A DNA stretch of 64,000 nt, taken from positions 65,833 through 129,832 of the forward strand of contig JAEWER010000037.1 in the NCBI GenBank assembly GCA_023389255.1. Direction: 5' to 3'. The translations under genes were made by a program, and so were the position numbers. The notes under the pieces were generated by a model. That model ran no database searches. It was not told where the DNA came from and saw nothing but the letters and a program-made list of their open reading frames with translations. Shown here in pieces: positions 46,595 to 57,084 of this stretch (the stretch's first letter is position 1; the number at the start of each line of letters is the position of its first letter). The DNA is from Bacillota bacterium (GTDB lineage: Bacteria > Bacillota > Clostridia > Saccharofermentanales > DTU023).

Positions 46595-47200
46595 ATGTTT
46601 ACTCAACCCATCTTAGCCTTAGGTATTGGCTCTGTTGCGCTAATTGCTTTGCTTGCCATTATCGTCATTCTTGTTTTATATGTAATTTCTTGTCAACGTG
46701 CTTTAGTACGTTTAGAAGAAATGCTCAAAAATACCCTAGGACAAATTGCTGTACAGGTTAATTCACGTTGGGATGCCTTAACACAACTAGCTAAGGTGGT
46801 AGCCAGCTACAGTCAATACGAACACGACACCCTAGTTGAAGTAATTCGTGAACGTCGTCAGAGCGTTTCAGCTAGCGATGTCAGCCAAGTGCAAGAGCAA
46901 ATCAATGCCAGTAATTCTGTGCTAGATAGATTATTTGCTCTAGCCGAAAATTATCCGCAGCTCAGAGCAAGTGAAAACTACCAACAATTGCAGGATTCTA
47001 TCAACGTATACGAAAACAATGTCCGCTTGCAACGCATGGTCTACAACGATGCCGCCACCAGATACAACAACATGGTGAGAATGTTCCCTTCCAATATCAT
47101 TGCTAGAATGTTCGGCTATGGTGTTAAAGATTATTTCAAAGAAGAAGCTGGCAAAGATACCATGCCTGACTTAAATTTAGACTTCAAAAAGAAGGACTAA
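46595..47200 (+). CDS. lemA: LemA-family membrane protein
   Basis: N-terminal TM anchor; ...NVRLQRMVYNDAATRYNNMVRMFPSNIIA. Confidence 0.85.
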   Translation: MFTQPILALGIGSVALIALLAIIVILVLYVISCQRALVRLEEMLKNTLGQIAVQVNSRWDALTQLAKVVASYSQYEHDTLVEVIRERRQSVSASDVSQVQEQINASNSVLDRLFALAENYPQLRASENYQQLQDSINVYENNVRLQRMVYNDAATRYNNMVRMFPSNIIARMFGYGVKDYFKEEAGKDTMPDLNLDFKKKD

Positions 47201-47212
47201 TTCGACTCGCTT

Positions 47213-49135
47213 ATGAAAAAACTACAGCTATTTAAACGATCTTTAATTGCTGGCTTCTGCTGTTGTTTAATGCTGGTGTTCATCGCTCCCAGCATTAATT
47301 TATTTGCTAGTGAAACAGTTGATACTAGTGCACCCGCAACTAGTTCAGTAGTTAGTTCTGCTAGCAGTCGACAAGAAGCCAACAACAATAACAGTTCTGT
47401 ACAAGATCACCTACGTCTATTCGGTGACGATATTCCGCAAGATTATAGAGGTATCTGGAGCATCAATGTCTTAGGTCTCATTAACGATGACGGCTCATTG
47501 ACTGTGCGTGAACTGTGGCAAGCGAATATGTCTGATTCTGGCAATAAAGAATTGTACATCCGCAAAAAGCTTAATCACATGAAGCTAAAAGAGGGCAGTT
47601 ACCACGTTTCTGCACTCGATATGTCTGCTGGCGCCACCAGTGGTGTACAAGAATTTACTGCCTCTCCCAATTATTCATGGAATGTAGATGCCAGCTTTGA
47701 TGAAAAAGCCTACCACTACGGCCTCGTGCAAGATGGTGATTACACAGAATTTTGCTTTGGCATATCTAAGTATGCACCCATGCTCTACATTGTCGATTAC
47801 ACCTTGGAAAATGCTTTCTTGACTTATAGCGATGGGGAAATCGGTGCGAATATTCGTTTTATCAACGATAAGTTAAGCTCAGTGCCACAACTCATCGCAG
47901 TTCATTTAGCGATGGCAGATCCTAATAAGGTACTAGATCAAAACAACAGTAAAGTTTGGGCTTTTGGTTTCAAAGGACAGAGCGGGTATATTGACGATAC
48001 GTCACAACTTTTCACACCTGCTAAAAAACACATCATGGCGTATAACGAAGGCGAAGTTTCTTCAGATTCGCATATAACTTTGTTGCTACAGCTAGATAAA
48101 TCGTTGCTCACAGCGCCTAATGATCCACTCAATCGTAGCTTCAAAGAAGTACAAGATACAGCGTTCGAGGGATCTGATTACGATAATGCAAACCGCTCAA
48201 GCGGTAGACGTTGGTTCCCTACTCGCCTAATCATCCCAATCATCGTTTTTATTTCTGCGTACTTCTCCAGCAAGCGCTTGAGCAATAAGTACAAAGTAAA
48301 AAATAGAAAGCAAGTGGCGATTAGCTCAACTCCTAGTAGTACAATTCCCTTAAACGCTGATCTTCTGTTGATTTACTTCTTCTCTACTCAAGTCACTTGC
48401 CACAACGGAAGACGTTCTCCCTTACGAGGTAGCAACTATATCAGTAGCCTATTCTTGAAATGGATTAAACAAGGACTTTTAACACCGTTCACTCCGCTGA
48501 CAGACAAAGGCAAACGGGATCATCAAAATACTAAGCTTATTGTCAACCGCACGGCGTCTGAATCTGATTTCAACGATTTGATCGAAAGTAAAATTTGGTA
48601 CGCTTACACATCTCACAAAGGTTCGCCAGTCGCCGAGATTAATAGTAAATCGATAAAAAATATTCCTGCCTCACAGATTAGGAATATCACTAAATCGATT
48701 GACGATAGTGCGCTTACACGTGCCATTAATCAAGGTCTGATCGTTAAAAACAAGGGTAGCTACAACTTCACTGCTTCTGGTTTAGCAGAAGCCTCTAAGT
48801 TAACAGCATTCGAAGAATTTATTCGTAATTATTCCTTGCTGAATGAACGTTCTGCTTACGAAGCGGCTGTGTGGGATAATTATCTCTTAGTGGCAACTGC
48901 TTGTGGCTTAGGCGATACTGCCTTAAGAGAGATGCAAAACTTAGTGCCTGATTACCAATTCAGTAGCGAAACTGGATCATTTGATTATTGGCAGACTATC
49001 TACCTTCTCAACACCGTCAACTTTGCCAGTGGCTACGGTGCCAGCAGTCCAGCAACCGCTGGTCTTGGTGGAGTGGCTTCTATTGGTGGTGGCGGTGGCT
49101 TCTCTGGCGGCGCCTCTGGTGGCGGTGGCCGTTAG
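47213..49135 (+). CDS. DUF2207-like membrane protein (signal peptide, extracellular domain, TM segments, Gly-rich C-terminus)
   Basis: Immediately follows lemA (12-nt gap). C-terminus is GLGGVASIGGGGGFSGGASGGGGR. The architecture matches DUF2207 partners of LemA as I recall them. Confidence 0.6.
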   Translation: MKKLQLFKRSLIAGFCCCLMLVFIAPSINLFASETVDTSAPATSSVVSSASSRQEANNNNSSVQDHLRLFGDDIPQDYRGIWSINVLGLINDDGSLTVRELWQANMSDSGNKELYIRKKLNHMKLKEGSYHVSALDMSAGATSGVQEFTASPNYSWNVDASFDEKAYHYGLVQDGDYTEFCFGISKYAPMLYIVDYTLENAFLTYSDGEIGANIRFINDKLSSVPQLIAVHLAMADPNKVLDQNNSKVWAFGFKGQSGYIDDTSQLFTPAKKHIMAYNEGEVSSDSHITLLLQLDKSLLTAPNDPLNRSFKEVQDTAFEGSDYDNANRSSGRRWFPTRLIIPIIVFISAYFSSKRLSNKYKVKNRKQVAISSTPSSTIPLNADLLLIYFFSTQVTCHNGRRSPLRGSNYISSLFLKWIKQGLLTPFTPLTDKGKRDHQNTKLIVNRTASESDFNDLIESKIWYAYTSHKGSPVAEINSKSIKNIPASQIRNITKSIDDSALTRAINQGLIVKNKGSYNFTASGLAEASKLTAFEEFIRNYSLLNERSAYEAAVWDNYLLVATACGLGDTALREMQNLVPDYQFSSETGSFDYWQTIYLLNTVNFASGYGASSPATAGLGGVASIGGGGGFSGGASGGGGR

Positions 49136-49156
49136 AGTTTTATACACCCTACTAAC

Positions 49157-49187
49157 TAAAAGGACCATGTAGCACATGGTCCTTTTT
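49157..49187. terminator. Bidirectional terminator
   Basis: Stem GGACCATG/CATGGTCC flanked by AAAA and UUUUU. Confidence 0.8.
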
Positions 49188-49207
49188 CATCTCTTTTCCC
49201 AATAGCT

Positions 49208-49627
49208 TTAGAATTGCATCAAGTTAATCCCTATATTTTCATCTAGCTTGCGCTCAACATCAGCTTCAATAATTTGAATAAAAAGTTCGCAAGTAACACT
49301 AATAATCGCTTTATTTAAGTGTCCTCCGATCACTTCGTAGTTTTGCTTGCCTAAAGCTATATGCAAATGCAAGTAGGGATCATAATTCTTACTAGTAATA
49401 TTTCCTGTCAAACTAACAATCTCCAAAGGCTCGTTATAAGTCTTCGTGTTATATGTTTGACTAGCACTATCAAAAAAAGCAAGTTCAACCTGATCGGTAG
49501 CACCTATACCCATTACCGTAGCAAGGAAAATCTCTTCTTGTTTAGCGATGCGGTACAAGGATTCTTTAATCTCATCACCACGATCCAAGCGAACTACTAT
49601 GGTATTATCAAATCTTTCGTACTGCAT
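49208..49627 (-). CDS. PPC/DUF296-domain protein
   Basis: MQYERFDNTIVVRLDRGDEI...LSLTGNI...HLHIALG. AGAGGAAAG RBS before the ATG at 49627. Confidence 0.65.
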   Translation of the reverse strand: MQYERFDNTIVVRLDRGDEIKESLYRIAKQEEIFLATVMGIGATDQVELAFFDSASQTYNTKTYNEPLEIVSLTGNITSKNYDPYLHLHIALGKQNYEVIGGHLNKAIISVTCELFIQIIEADVERKLDENIGINLMQF

Positions 49628-49733
49628 ACTAAATCTTTCCTCTCTCATTGGTGTTCCTATTTTAGCTCAAAATGAGTTAGGCACCTAAAGGTGCCTTACT
49701 TGTTACTTAATCTATACACTCGCCCTGACTGGC

Positions 49734-50993
49734 TTATCTTCTACCACGTGTTCTAGGGTATTCTCGCTGAATATACTCCACTGCTCGGTAGTAGCGATTG
49801 CGCCAACGCTGTATTTTACTAATAGCTACTAACAGAAGGAACAAACACAAAAATGCCATTCCTAGAGCAATTAACAGTGTGATGGTTTTGGGATTGCGCC
49901 AATCATTCTCTACCAACTGTGTCTTTGCTTCACTGCTGTTTGCTTCAGCTTCAGCTTTAGCTACAGTAGGATTTAGGTCTGAATCATTATTGGCTGGCAC
50001 TTGTTCATTTCTTGCTATCCCTGTGCCTTGTGGTGCGTTAATTTTTTTGGCACCCTCTTCTAACAAAGCTCGAATCCAGACTCCACGCTCATATTCATAG
50101 TTCGTATCGCCTGCCATATGAGCGTTAAAAACCATAGCTACCAAATGACGATTGTCATAGGTTGTAGCCATAGTAACAATGCACTCACCTGCCATCTCTG
50201 TCGTGCCTGTTTTACCGCCATCAAAACTCTTAATATAAGGAGAAGTGTAGTCTAATCCATTGCCCAAAATCACTGGCATATTAGTGTTTTGCAAGATCTT
50301 CCAACCAGTAAAGGGATGTGATTCAGACGGTGGCAAAACTAACCAAGAGCGCTTAGCCATATCTAGAAACTCAGAATGCTTGCGCAAAGCCTGTACAACT
50401 TTGAGTACATCTTTAGCGATTGTATGATGACTTTCATCACCAAAACCACAGACATCAGTATAAGTCGTGTTCTCGCAACCAATTTCTTGTGCCTTTTGTT
50501 GCATCAGCCCTAAAAAGGATTCTTCTGTCTCGGCATAGCCTTCAGCCAAGGCTCTAGTTAAATCATTTGCCGAGTAAATAATACTGGCATACAGCGCCAC
50601 TGAAGTTGGTACCATCTCACCCAATTGATATCCCGATACATTTGCCTCTGGATTCAAATCTAAAGCATGCTCTGAAACTTGCACCATACGTTCAGGATCG
50701 TAGTTAGGATGTTCCAAAATGGTTAGCGCAGTCAACAATTTAGTTATGCTAGCCGGATATACTTCCTTGTCGGAGTTATGATCTAAAATAATTTCTCCAG
50801 AATCTAAATCGGCAACTAAGTAGGCTGTTGATTCTAGATTATCGAGCGTTGGCCACTTGTAATCTGTAAACCCCTTAGGTAACTCTGTCGCTCTTATCGG
50901 CAGAGGAAGATACAAACTAATACTTAAAATAAATAGCAAGAAACCAGCTAGTAGCTTGCTACTAACTGGTTTGAATATAAAATATTTTTTCAT
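49734..50993 (-). CDS. D-alanyl-D-alanine carboxypeptidase (S11, DacB-like) with a C-terminal membrane anchor
   Basis: ASITKLLT (SxxK), YSAND (SxN), GKTGTT (KTG). Confidence 0.85.
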   Translation of the reverse strand: MKKYFIFKPVSSKLLAGFLLFILSISLYLPLPIRATELPKGFTDYKWPTLDNLESTAYLVADLDSGEIILDHNSDKEVYPASITKLLTALTILEHPNYDPERMVQVSEHALDLNPEANVSGYQLGEMVPTSVALYASIIYSANDLTRALAEGYAETEESFLGLMQQKAQEIGCENTTYTDVCGFGDESHHTIAKDVLKVVQALRKHSEFLDMAKRSWLVLPPSESHPFTGWKILQNTNMPVILGNGLDYTSPYIKSFDGGKTGTTEMAGECIVTMATTYDNRHLVAMVFNAHMAGDTNYEYERGVWIRALLEEGAKKINAPQGTGIARNEQVPANNDSDLNPTVAKAEAEANSSEAKTQLVENDWRNPKTITLLIALGMAFLCLFLLLVAISKIQRWRNRYYRAVEYIQREYPRTRGRR

Positions 50994-50997
50994 ATGA

Positions 50998-51921
50998 TTA
51001 TTTTTTTCTTGCACGCTTTTTCCATGCTACCCACAGGGGGCTGGCTATACAAATAGATGAATAAGTACCGCTGATGATACCTGCCATCATTGGTAATGCA
51101 AATTCCTTAATGCTCTCAAGGTTGTACGCAACAGCAAAGCCATATGCAATTACCACTGAGATAAACATACAAAGCGAAGTGTTAATGCTACGTCCCAAGG
51201 ATTGCTTGATTGAGTTATTAACCACATCTTCCAACGGTAATGAACCTCTGGAAAGCAACATGTTTTCACGAATACGGTCGTAGATAACAATAGTATCATT
51301 GATGGAGAAACCTAAAATCGTCAAGATAACTGCGATCAATGTTTCGTTAATTGCTCCACCGAACAAGATAAAGGCAATCGAGGCAATGGTAATATCGTGC
51401 AACAAAGCCACCAATGCCATAAAGCCAGCTGACGGACCAGACATTTTGCGGAATGAATACCAGACGAAGCCGATAATCAATACCGAAGCAATCAGCAAGG
51501 CGAGCAAACCATTCATCAGCATTTCACGACCAATGGAAGGACTGACCAAGTCTGAACTGCTGATCTCAAATTTTTGCTCGGGGAATTCTTGGTTCAATGC
51601 TTCTGTCAGTTTGCTGAAGTCATCGATACTCAAAGCATCATTACCTGCAACAGACACTACCATTTTTTGACTTGAATCAGCAAAGTTGACTGTTTTTTGG
51701 ACACTGATTTCTTTACCTGGTAATTGCTTTTCGGCAATATCCTTGACATCGCTGTCTTTAACTTCTCCTGAGTAGCTATACTCAATAACACTACCACCAG
51801 CAAATTCAATGTCTAATCTGACACCACGCACTAAGCAAGCGATTACACCGATGATAATGATGGTCAGTGAAACTGCGAATAAATATTTGCGATTACGAAT
51901 AAAATGGAATTTCACGTTCAT
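50998..51921 (-). CDS. secF: Protein translocase subunit SecF
   Basis: SecF topology and motifs (GFSINDTIVIYDRIREN). Confidence 0.92.
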   Translation of the reverse strand: MNVKFHFIRNRKYLFAVSLTIIIIGVIACLVRGVRLDIEFAGGSVIEYSYSGEVKDSDVKDIAEKQLPGKEISVQKTVNFADSSQKMVVSVAGNDALSIDDFSKLTEALNQEFPEQKFEISSSDLVSPSIGREMLMNGLLALLIASVLIIGFVWYSFRKMSGPSAGFMALVALLHDITIASIAFILFGGAINETLIAVILTILGFSINDTIVIYDRIRENMLLSRGSLPLEDVVNNSIKQSLGRSINTSLCMFISVVIAYGFAVAYNLESIKEFALPMMAGIISGTYSSICIASPLWVAWKKRARKK

Positions 51922-53252
51922 TATTTAGCCTCCTCTGCTGCCACAGCCTGCTTCTTAGCACCGTAGAGCCAAGGATTTTGTAATGGCTTGTAGGCGGAAA
52001 GTGAGCTGATCATCAAACGGGTCAACCATACACCAGTAATACCATTCAAGATAACACCCAGTAACAGTGAATATCCGAAAGACAAAATAGTACCCGATCC
52101 GAACAGCATCAAGATAATGGCTGCAATAGCCACGGTTACGTTGGAGTCCATAACGGATGAGAAAGCCTTGGTAAAGCCGTTATACAAGAATGTAGGTAAA
52201 GCCTGTCCTTTGTTGGCTTCTTCTCTGATACGTGCTGAGATGATGATGTTAGCATCTACACCCATACCGATCGACAAGATGATAGCTGCAATACCTTGCA
52301 GAGTCAGAGTTTGTTGCGGTATGGAGATACCGAGCAAGATACCGATAACCTGCATCGTCAAAGATAAGCAAGCGACTAATCCCGGCAGTCTGTAATAGAG
52401 CAACATGAAGATACAGATCACGATAAAAGCGATTGCACCAGCTGTGCTCATCACAAACAAGCTATCACTACCCAATTTGGGGCTGATAGTGCGTGAGTTA
52501 ATCGCTTCTAGCGCAAACGGCAGAGCACCAGCATTGATCTTTTGTGCCAAGCTCACCGCTTCTTCACGGCTGAAATGGCCTTCGATAACACCTGACCCCT
52601 GATCTAACACAGCACGAATCGTTGCCGTACTAATAACAGTTTGATCTAGTTTGATGGTCATAGTTTGTTGCAAGAACTTCGTGGTAGCTTCTTTCAATGC
52701 CTGTCGACCTTCTGGCTTGAAATTTAATTCAACCATCGGCTCCTGTGTTTGTTGATTAAACACTGCCCGAGCTTGATCAACCATGCTACCGTCGAGGAAG
52801 GTTACACCATCGGGACCACTGAAAGTTAAATTTGCAGTCTCGCCTAACTCTTTGATTGCTTCATCCGGGTTAAAATTCGTTTCGTTGGATTTCCAAGGGA
52901 AACGCACGATAATGCGACCATTGTTTTTGCCAGGCACTACTTCTCTGTCCAAGATCTGTAAGTCATCCAAGCGCTTGTTCAAAACAGCTGCCGCGGCATT
53001 CATCTGCTCCTCAGTCGGAGTTCCCTCATAATCTTTAGCTACATAAACAGCTTCAACACCACCACGGATATCAATGCCGTAACGCAATTCTTTGATACCT
53101 TTAATACGAATTTGGTTGCCATCTTTATCGTTAAACGGCAGATCAACACCAAATAAAGTTACTGCTATGGAGGCCAGTAAAACTACTAAAATGATAAAAA
53201 TAGTGACCTTTTTACCCTTAACAGTTTTACGAGCAAACGATCGTTTTGCCAT
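51921..53252 (-). CDS. secD: Protein translocase subunit SecD
   Basis: LGIDIRGG...; GMGVDANIIISARIREE. Confidence 0.92.
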   Translation of the reverse strand: MAKRSFARKTVKGKKVTIFIILVVLLASIAVTLFGVDLPFNDKDGNQIRIKGIKELRYGIDIRGGVEAVYVAKDYEGTPTEEQMNAAAAVLNKRLDDLQILDREVVPGKNNGRIIVRFPWKSNETNFNPDEAIKELGETANLTFSGPDGVTFLDGSMVDQARAVFNQQTQEPMVELNFKPEGRQALKEATTKFLQQTMTIKLDQTVISTATIRAVLDQGSGVIEGHFSREEAVSLAQKINAGALPFALEAINSRTISPKLGSDSLFVMSTAGAIAFIVICIFMLLYYRLPGLVACLSLTMQVIGILLGISIPQQTLTLQGIAAIILSIGMGVDANIIISARIREEANKGQALPTFLYNGFTKAFSSVMDSNVTVAIAAIILMLFGSGTILSFGYSLLLGVILNGITGVWLTRLMISSLSAYKPLQNPWLYGAKKQAVAAEEAK

Positions 53253-53302
53253 AGTCACAGTCCTTCCTCTAATTTCTTAACTAATTGATTATAGCGTTAC
53301 TG

Positions 53303-53331
53303 TTGAGCTTGAACAATAAAAACTCTATATT
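53303..53331 (+). promoter_or_regulatory. Candidate sigma-A promoter for prfC
   Basis: TTGAGC, 17-nt spacer, TATATT. Lies about 60 nt upstream of the ATG. Confidence 0.45.
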
Positions 53332-53391
53332 TAACGAGGAACATTTTTCCAAGAACGCAAATATTTGATCCATTTAGCAACGAGGAGACCG

Positions 53392-55023
53392 ATGAGCAAA
53401 CAATCTGAAATCAATAGACGCCGTACTTTCGCTATCATCTCGCACCCAGATGCTGGTAAAACCACCATGACAGAAAAACTATTGCTGTATGGTGGTGCTA
53501 TTCGCTTAGCAGGAACAGTCAAAGGTAGAAAAGCTGCCAAACATGCAACTTCTGACTGGATGGAATTAGAAAAGCAACGCGGTATATCGGTATCTTCCTC
53601 CGTATTGCAATTTGAATATAACAACTTCTGTGTCAACATTTTGGATACACCTGGTCACCAAGATTTCTCAGAGGATACATATCGTACGCTTTGCGCTGCT
53701 GATGCCGCCATCATGATGATTGACGGCGCACGTGGTGTTGAACCACAGACTATTAAGTTATTCAAAGTCTGTCGTATGCGAGGCGTACCAATCTTTACTT
53801 TTATCAACAAGATGGACCGTGCCTCCCGTGATCCTTTCGATCTAATGGATGAATTGGAAAAAGTTCTAGGAATCTTTGCAGTTCCTCTCAATTGGCCAAT
53901 TGGTACACATGGCGATTTTCAAGGCATGTACAATCGAGAATTAAAACGCATCGAATTGTTCGATGAATCAACTGGAGATCACGGCGCTGGCATGGTACAG
54001 GTAAACGCCGTTGATTTAAGTGATGCTAACTTGACTAATACACTCGATGAATACTACGTCAACAAACTGCGTGAAGATATTGAGTTACTCGATATTGCTG
54101 GTGATCAATTAGACTTAGAGCGTGTCAGCGCAGGTGAGCAAACCCCATTATTTTTTGGTAGCGCACTAACCAATTTCGGTGTGGAGTTCTTCTTGAATAA
54201 ATTCTTAGAGATGGCTCCTGCGCCTACTGCACGTAAAGTTGAACTTTTGGATCAACAAACAGGTGAGGTTAAGGGAGAAGCCATTGTTGATCCTTTGAGT
54301 GATCCTTTCAGCGCCTTCGTCTTCAAAATTCAAGCGAATATGAATCCTGATCATCATGATCGAATTGCTTTCATCCGCATCTGTTCAGGTGAGTTTGAAA
54401 AGAATATGGAGGTTCAACTCTCACGTACCGGTCGCAAATTACGCTTAGCACAGCCTCAGCAATTTATGGCACAAGATCGCAACATAGTCGAAACCGCTTA
54501 CGCTGGAGATATTATCGGTCTGTTCGATGCAGGTAATTTCCGTATCGGCGACAGCCTGACAGCAGGTAGCAAATTGCAGTTTGCTGATATTCCCACTTTC
54601 CCACCCGAACATTTTGCACGTATTTCGGCTGAAAAATCACTGAAGCGCAAGCAATTCCAAAAAGGTATCGAGCAATTAGCAGAAGAGGGTGCAATTCAAA
54701 TTTATCGCCAACCTGAGATAGGTACCGAAACTTATATCATTGGCGTTGTCGGCGTATTGCAATTCGACGTCTTAGAGTATCGTCTGAAAAATGAGTATGG
54801 TGTAGATATTAACCGCACGCAGCTACCATATCGTTTGGCGCGTTGGGTAGACTATGAAAACGAAGATAAAAGGCCGAGCGATTTAACAGATATTGTTAAG
54901 CCATCCACCTCTCTTTTGGTACGTGATCGAGACGATAATCCCGTTTTATTGTTTGAATCAGCCTGGGCTGAAGATTGGGTTAAAGAGCGCAATGACGGCA
55001 TTATCCTACGTGACGTTAAATAA
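53392..55023 (+). CDS. prfC: Peptide chain release factor 3
   Basis: RRTFAIISHPDAGKTTMTEKLL...DTPGHQDF. GAGGAG RBS before the ATG at 53392. Confidence 0.95.
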   Translation: MSKQSEINRRRTFAIISHPDAGKTTMTEKLLLYGGAIRLAGTVKGRKAAKHATSDWMELEKQRGISVSSSVLQFEYNNFCVNILDTPGHQDFSEDTYRTLCAADAAIMMIDGARGVEPQTIKLFKVCRMRGVPIFTFINKMDRASRDPFDLMDELEKVLGIFAVPLNWPIGTHGDFQGMYNRELKRIELFDESTGDHGAGMVQVNAVDLSDANLTNTLDEYYVNKLREDIELLDIAGDQLDLERVSAGEQTPLFFGSALTNFGVEFFLNKFLEMAPAPTARKVELLDQQTGEVKGEAIVDPLSDPFSAFVFKIQANMNPDHHDRIAFIRICSGEFEKNMEVQLSRTGRKLRLAQPQQFMAQDRNIVETAYAGDIIGLFDAGNFRIGDSLTAGSKLQFADIPTFPPEHFARISAEKSLKRKQFQKGIEQLAEEGAIQIYRQPEIGTETYIIGVVGVLQFDVLEYRLKNEYGVDINRTQLPYRLARWVDYENEDKRPSDLTDIVKPSTSLLVRDRDDNPVLLFESAWAEDWVKERNDGIILRDVK

Positions 55024-55025
55024 CT

Positions 55026-56621
55026 ATGTTTTACTTAGTTCGCGGTATCAAACTAGCTGTAGATGATGAGCAAAAAGTAGCTGAAGACAAACTAGCCAAA
55101 AAACTTGGCTTAGCTACTTCAGATTTTACTGCCAGTTTGTATCGTGAATCTATAGATGCTCGCAAAGGCATTTGGCGCGTACAACAATGGTTAGTAAAAA
55201 CTACTAAGCCACTGAAGCGCAAATATTTGCAAGGTGATGTTTCCACTTACCAAAAGCCTGAATTAAAAGTTTTCCTAGGAAGCCAAAAGCTACGGTATAA
55301 ACCAGTAATTATTGGTGCTGGTCCTTGTGGTCTATTTGCCGCCTTATTGCTCGCCAAACATGGCTATCAACCGATTGTGATTGAACGAGGGGCAGACGTA
55401 ACTGAACGCAAACGTATCGTTGATCATTTTTGGCAAACAGGTCAGTTGAACACGGAGTGTAATGTGCAGTTTGGTGAGGGTGGTGCTGGTACTTTTTCGG
55501 ATGGTAAATTGACTAGCAGATCAAAGGATCCGAGAAGTCATACAGTTTTAGAAACTTTAGTGCAATATGGTGCGCCCAAAGAGATCCTCTACCTACAGTA
55601 TCCGCACGTCGGCACAGATAAATTGCAAACTTTACTTTTACGCTTGCGAGAAGATTTGATCGCTCAAGGTACCACCTTTAAGTTCAACTGCAAATTGGAA
55701 AATTTACGCTACGATGCCAACGAAAAACTATATCACTTAGAACTAAGTGATGGCGATCTAAAAGCTGAAGCAGTTGTACTCGCTTTAGGGCATTCCGCAC
55801 GTGATACCTTCCGAATGCTGTACCAAACGGGATTAGCGTTAGAGTCCAAAGCTTTTGCTATGGGTTTTAGAATCGAACATAAACAAACGTTAATTGAGTA
55901 TTGTCAGTATGGTGATAAAGCGGGGCATACACTACTCCCTAGAGCTTCCTACCATCTCAAAGCTCAGATACCTAAACTAAATAGCAAATTAGGTGTGTAT
56001 AGCTTTTGTATGTGCCCTGGCGGTTTTGTAGTCAACGCTTCATCACAAACCGAAAGATTAACTGTCAACGGCATGAGTTATTACGCCAGAGCTGGTCAGA
56101 ACGCAAACTCAGCTATTTTGTGTTCAGTCAATGACAGCATCTACGGCAAGGGTGTTTTTAACGGTATGGAATTTCAGGAAGAATTGGAACATCAAGCCTA
56201 CTTGCTCGGTGCTCAAAGCAAAACTTATACTGCTCCAGTTCAGCTAGTTAGTGATTTCTTAAAAGAAAAACCATCTAGCCAGTTAGGCGCAATAACTCCC
56301 ACTGTTAAACCAGGATATGTATTAACCGATCTGTCTGAGTTGTACCCAGAGCCTATTAGTAGTGCCATAGGTGATGCCTTAAGTATTTGGGAAAAGAAAA
56401 TGCCTGGCTTTGCCTCTCGAGGTGCAATTCTCACGGGTATAGAGGCAAGATCAAGCTCCCCCGTGCGCATGTGTCGTTTAAGTTCTGGCGAAAGTATTAG
56501 TTTACCTGGCATTTATCCTGCAGGTGAGGGTGCCGGTTATGCTGGCGGTATTGTGTCAGCAGCTATCGATGGACTCAAAGTCGCAGAAACTATTATTTCT
56601 CGTTATCAGCCTTGGCTATAG
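55026..56621 (+). CDS. FAD-dependent oxidoreductase (COG2509-like)
   Basis: VIIGAGPCGLFAALLLA dinucleotide-binding motif; 531 aa. Confidence 0.7.
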   Translation: MFYLVRGIKLAVDDEQKVAEDKLAKKLGLATSDFTASLYRESIDARKGIWRVQQWLVKTTKPLKRKYLQGDVSTYQKPELKVFLGSQKLRYKPVIIGAGPCGLFAALLLAKHGYQPIVIERGADVTERKRIVDHFWQTGQLNTECNVQFGEGGAGTFSDGKLTSRSKDPRSHTVLETLVQYGAPKEILYLQYPHVGTDKLQTLLLRLREDLIAQGTTFKFNCKLENLRYDANEKLYHLELSDGDLKAEAVVLALGHSARDTFRMLYQTGLALESKAFAMGFRIEHKQTLIEYCQYGDKAGHTLLPRASYHLKAQIPKLNSKLGVYSFCMCPGGFVVNASSQTERLTVNGMSYYARAGQNANSAILCSVNDSIYGKGVFNGMEFQEELEHQAYLLGAQSKTYTAPVQLVSDFLKEKPSSQLGAITPTVKPGYVLTDLSELYPEPISSAIGDALSIWEKKMPGFASRGAILTGIEARSSSPVRMCRLSSGESISLPGIYPAGEGAGYAGGIVSAAIDGLKVAETIISRYQPWL

Positions 56622-57084
56622 CTTCTCTCTTCGCCTGTCTTTCTTTTTTCATGTTGTAGTACGAGCGTGTTAAAAAGTCTGCCGTAAAAATTGATAGCGC
56701 AATCATGCCTGCTGTCATCAGCGTTAGGCGCATATTGTAGGCGAAGAGATGCCCATTATCACGCAACAGATAGTAGACAGCACGAAAGAGAGAGATACCA
56801 GGAACTAAACAAAACATGGATGGTAACAAAGTTACCGTAACTGGCATCTTAAGTTTACGTGCCATTACTTGCGAACACATGGCAATGAACAAGGCTGCCG
56901 TATAGATGGCTAACCCCTCCTGCCCGTGTTCATGAAAAAACAAATAAATTATCCATGACACGAAACCGATTAACCCACAGATATGTCTCTGCTTTTTGGG
57001 CGCATCAAAAATCATGGCCGCTGTAAAGACACCTAGATACGCACCTACTAATTGGATAGTGTAGGGTATCAACTTATCCATCAT
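56593..57084 (-). CDS. Threonine/serine exporter family, ThrE C-terminal-half protein (DUF3815-like)
   Basis: 163-aa, roughly 5-TM protein. ATGA-coupled to the upstream DUF1212-like gene. Confidence 0.65.
   Translation of the reverse strand: MMDKLIPYTIQLVGAYLGVFTAAMIFDAPKKQRHICGLIGFVSWIIYLFFHEHGQEGLAIYTAALFIAMCSQVMARKLKMPVTVTLLPSMFCLVPGISLFRAVYYLLRDNGHLFAYNMRLTLMTAGMIALSIFTADFLTRSYYNMKKERQAKREAIAKADNEK

Noticed and set aside
53331-53639. 102-aa ORF overlapping the prfC start on the opposite strand
   Set aside because: It is antisense to the highly conserved GTPase N-terminus of RF3, with no RBS and no recognisable motif.
56593-56621. 29-bp convergent overlap of the FAD-oxidoreductase and ThrE C-half genes as a regulatory antisense element
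   Set aside because: It is a simple 3'-end overlap of two well-supported convergent ORFs with no hairpin or repeat structure. It may merely reflect a compact genome.
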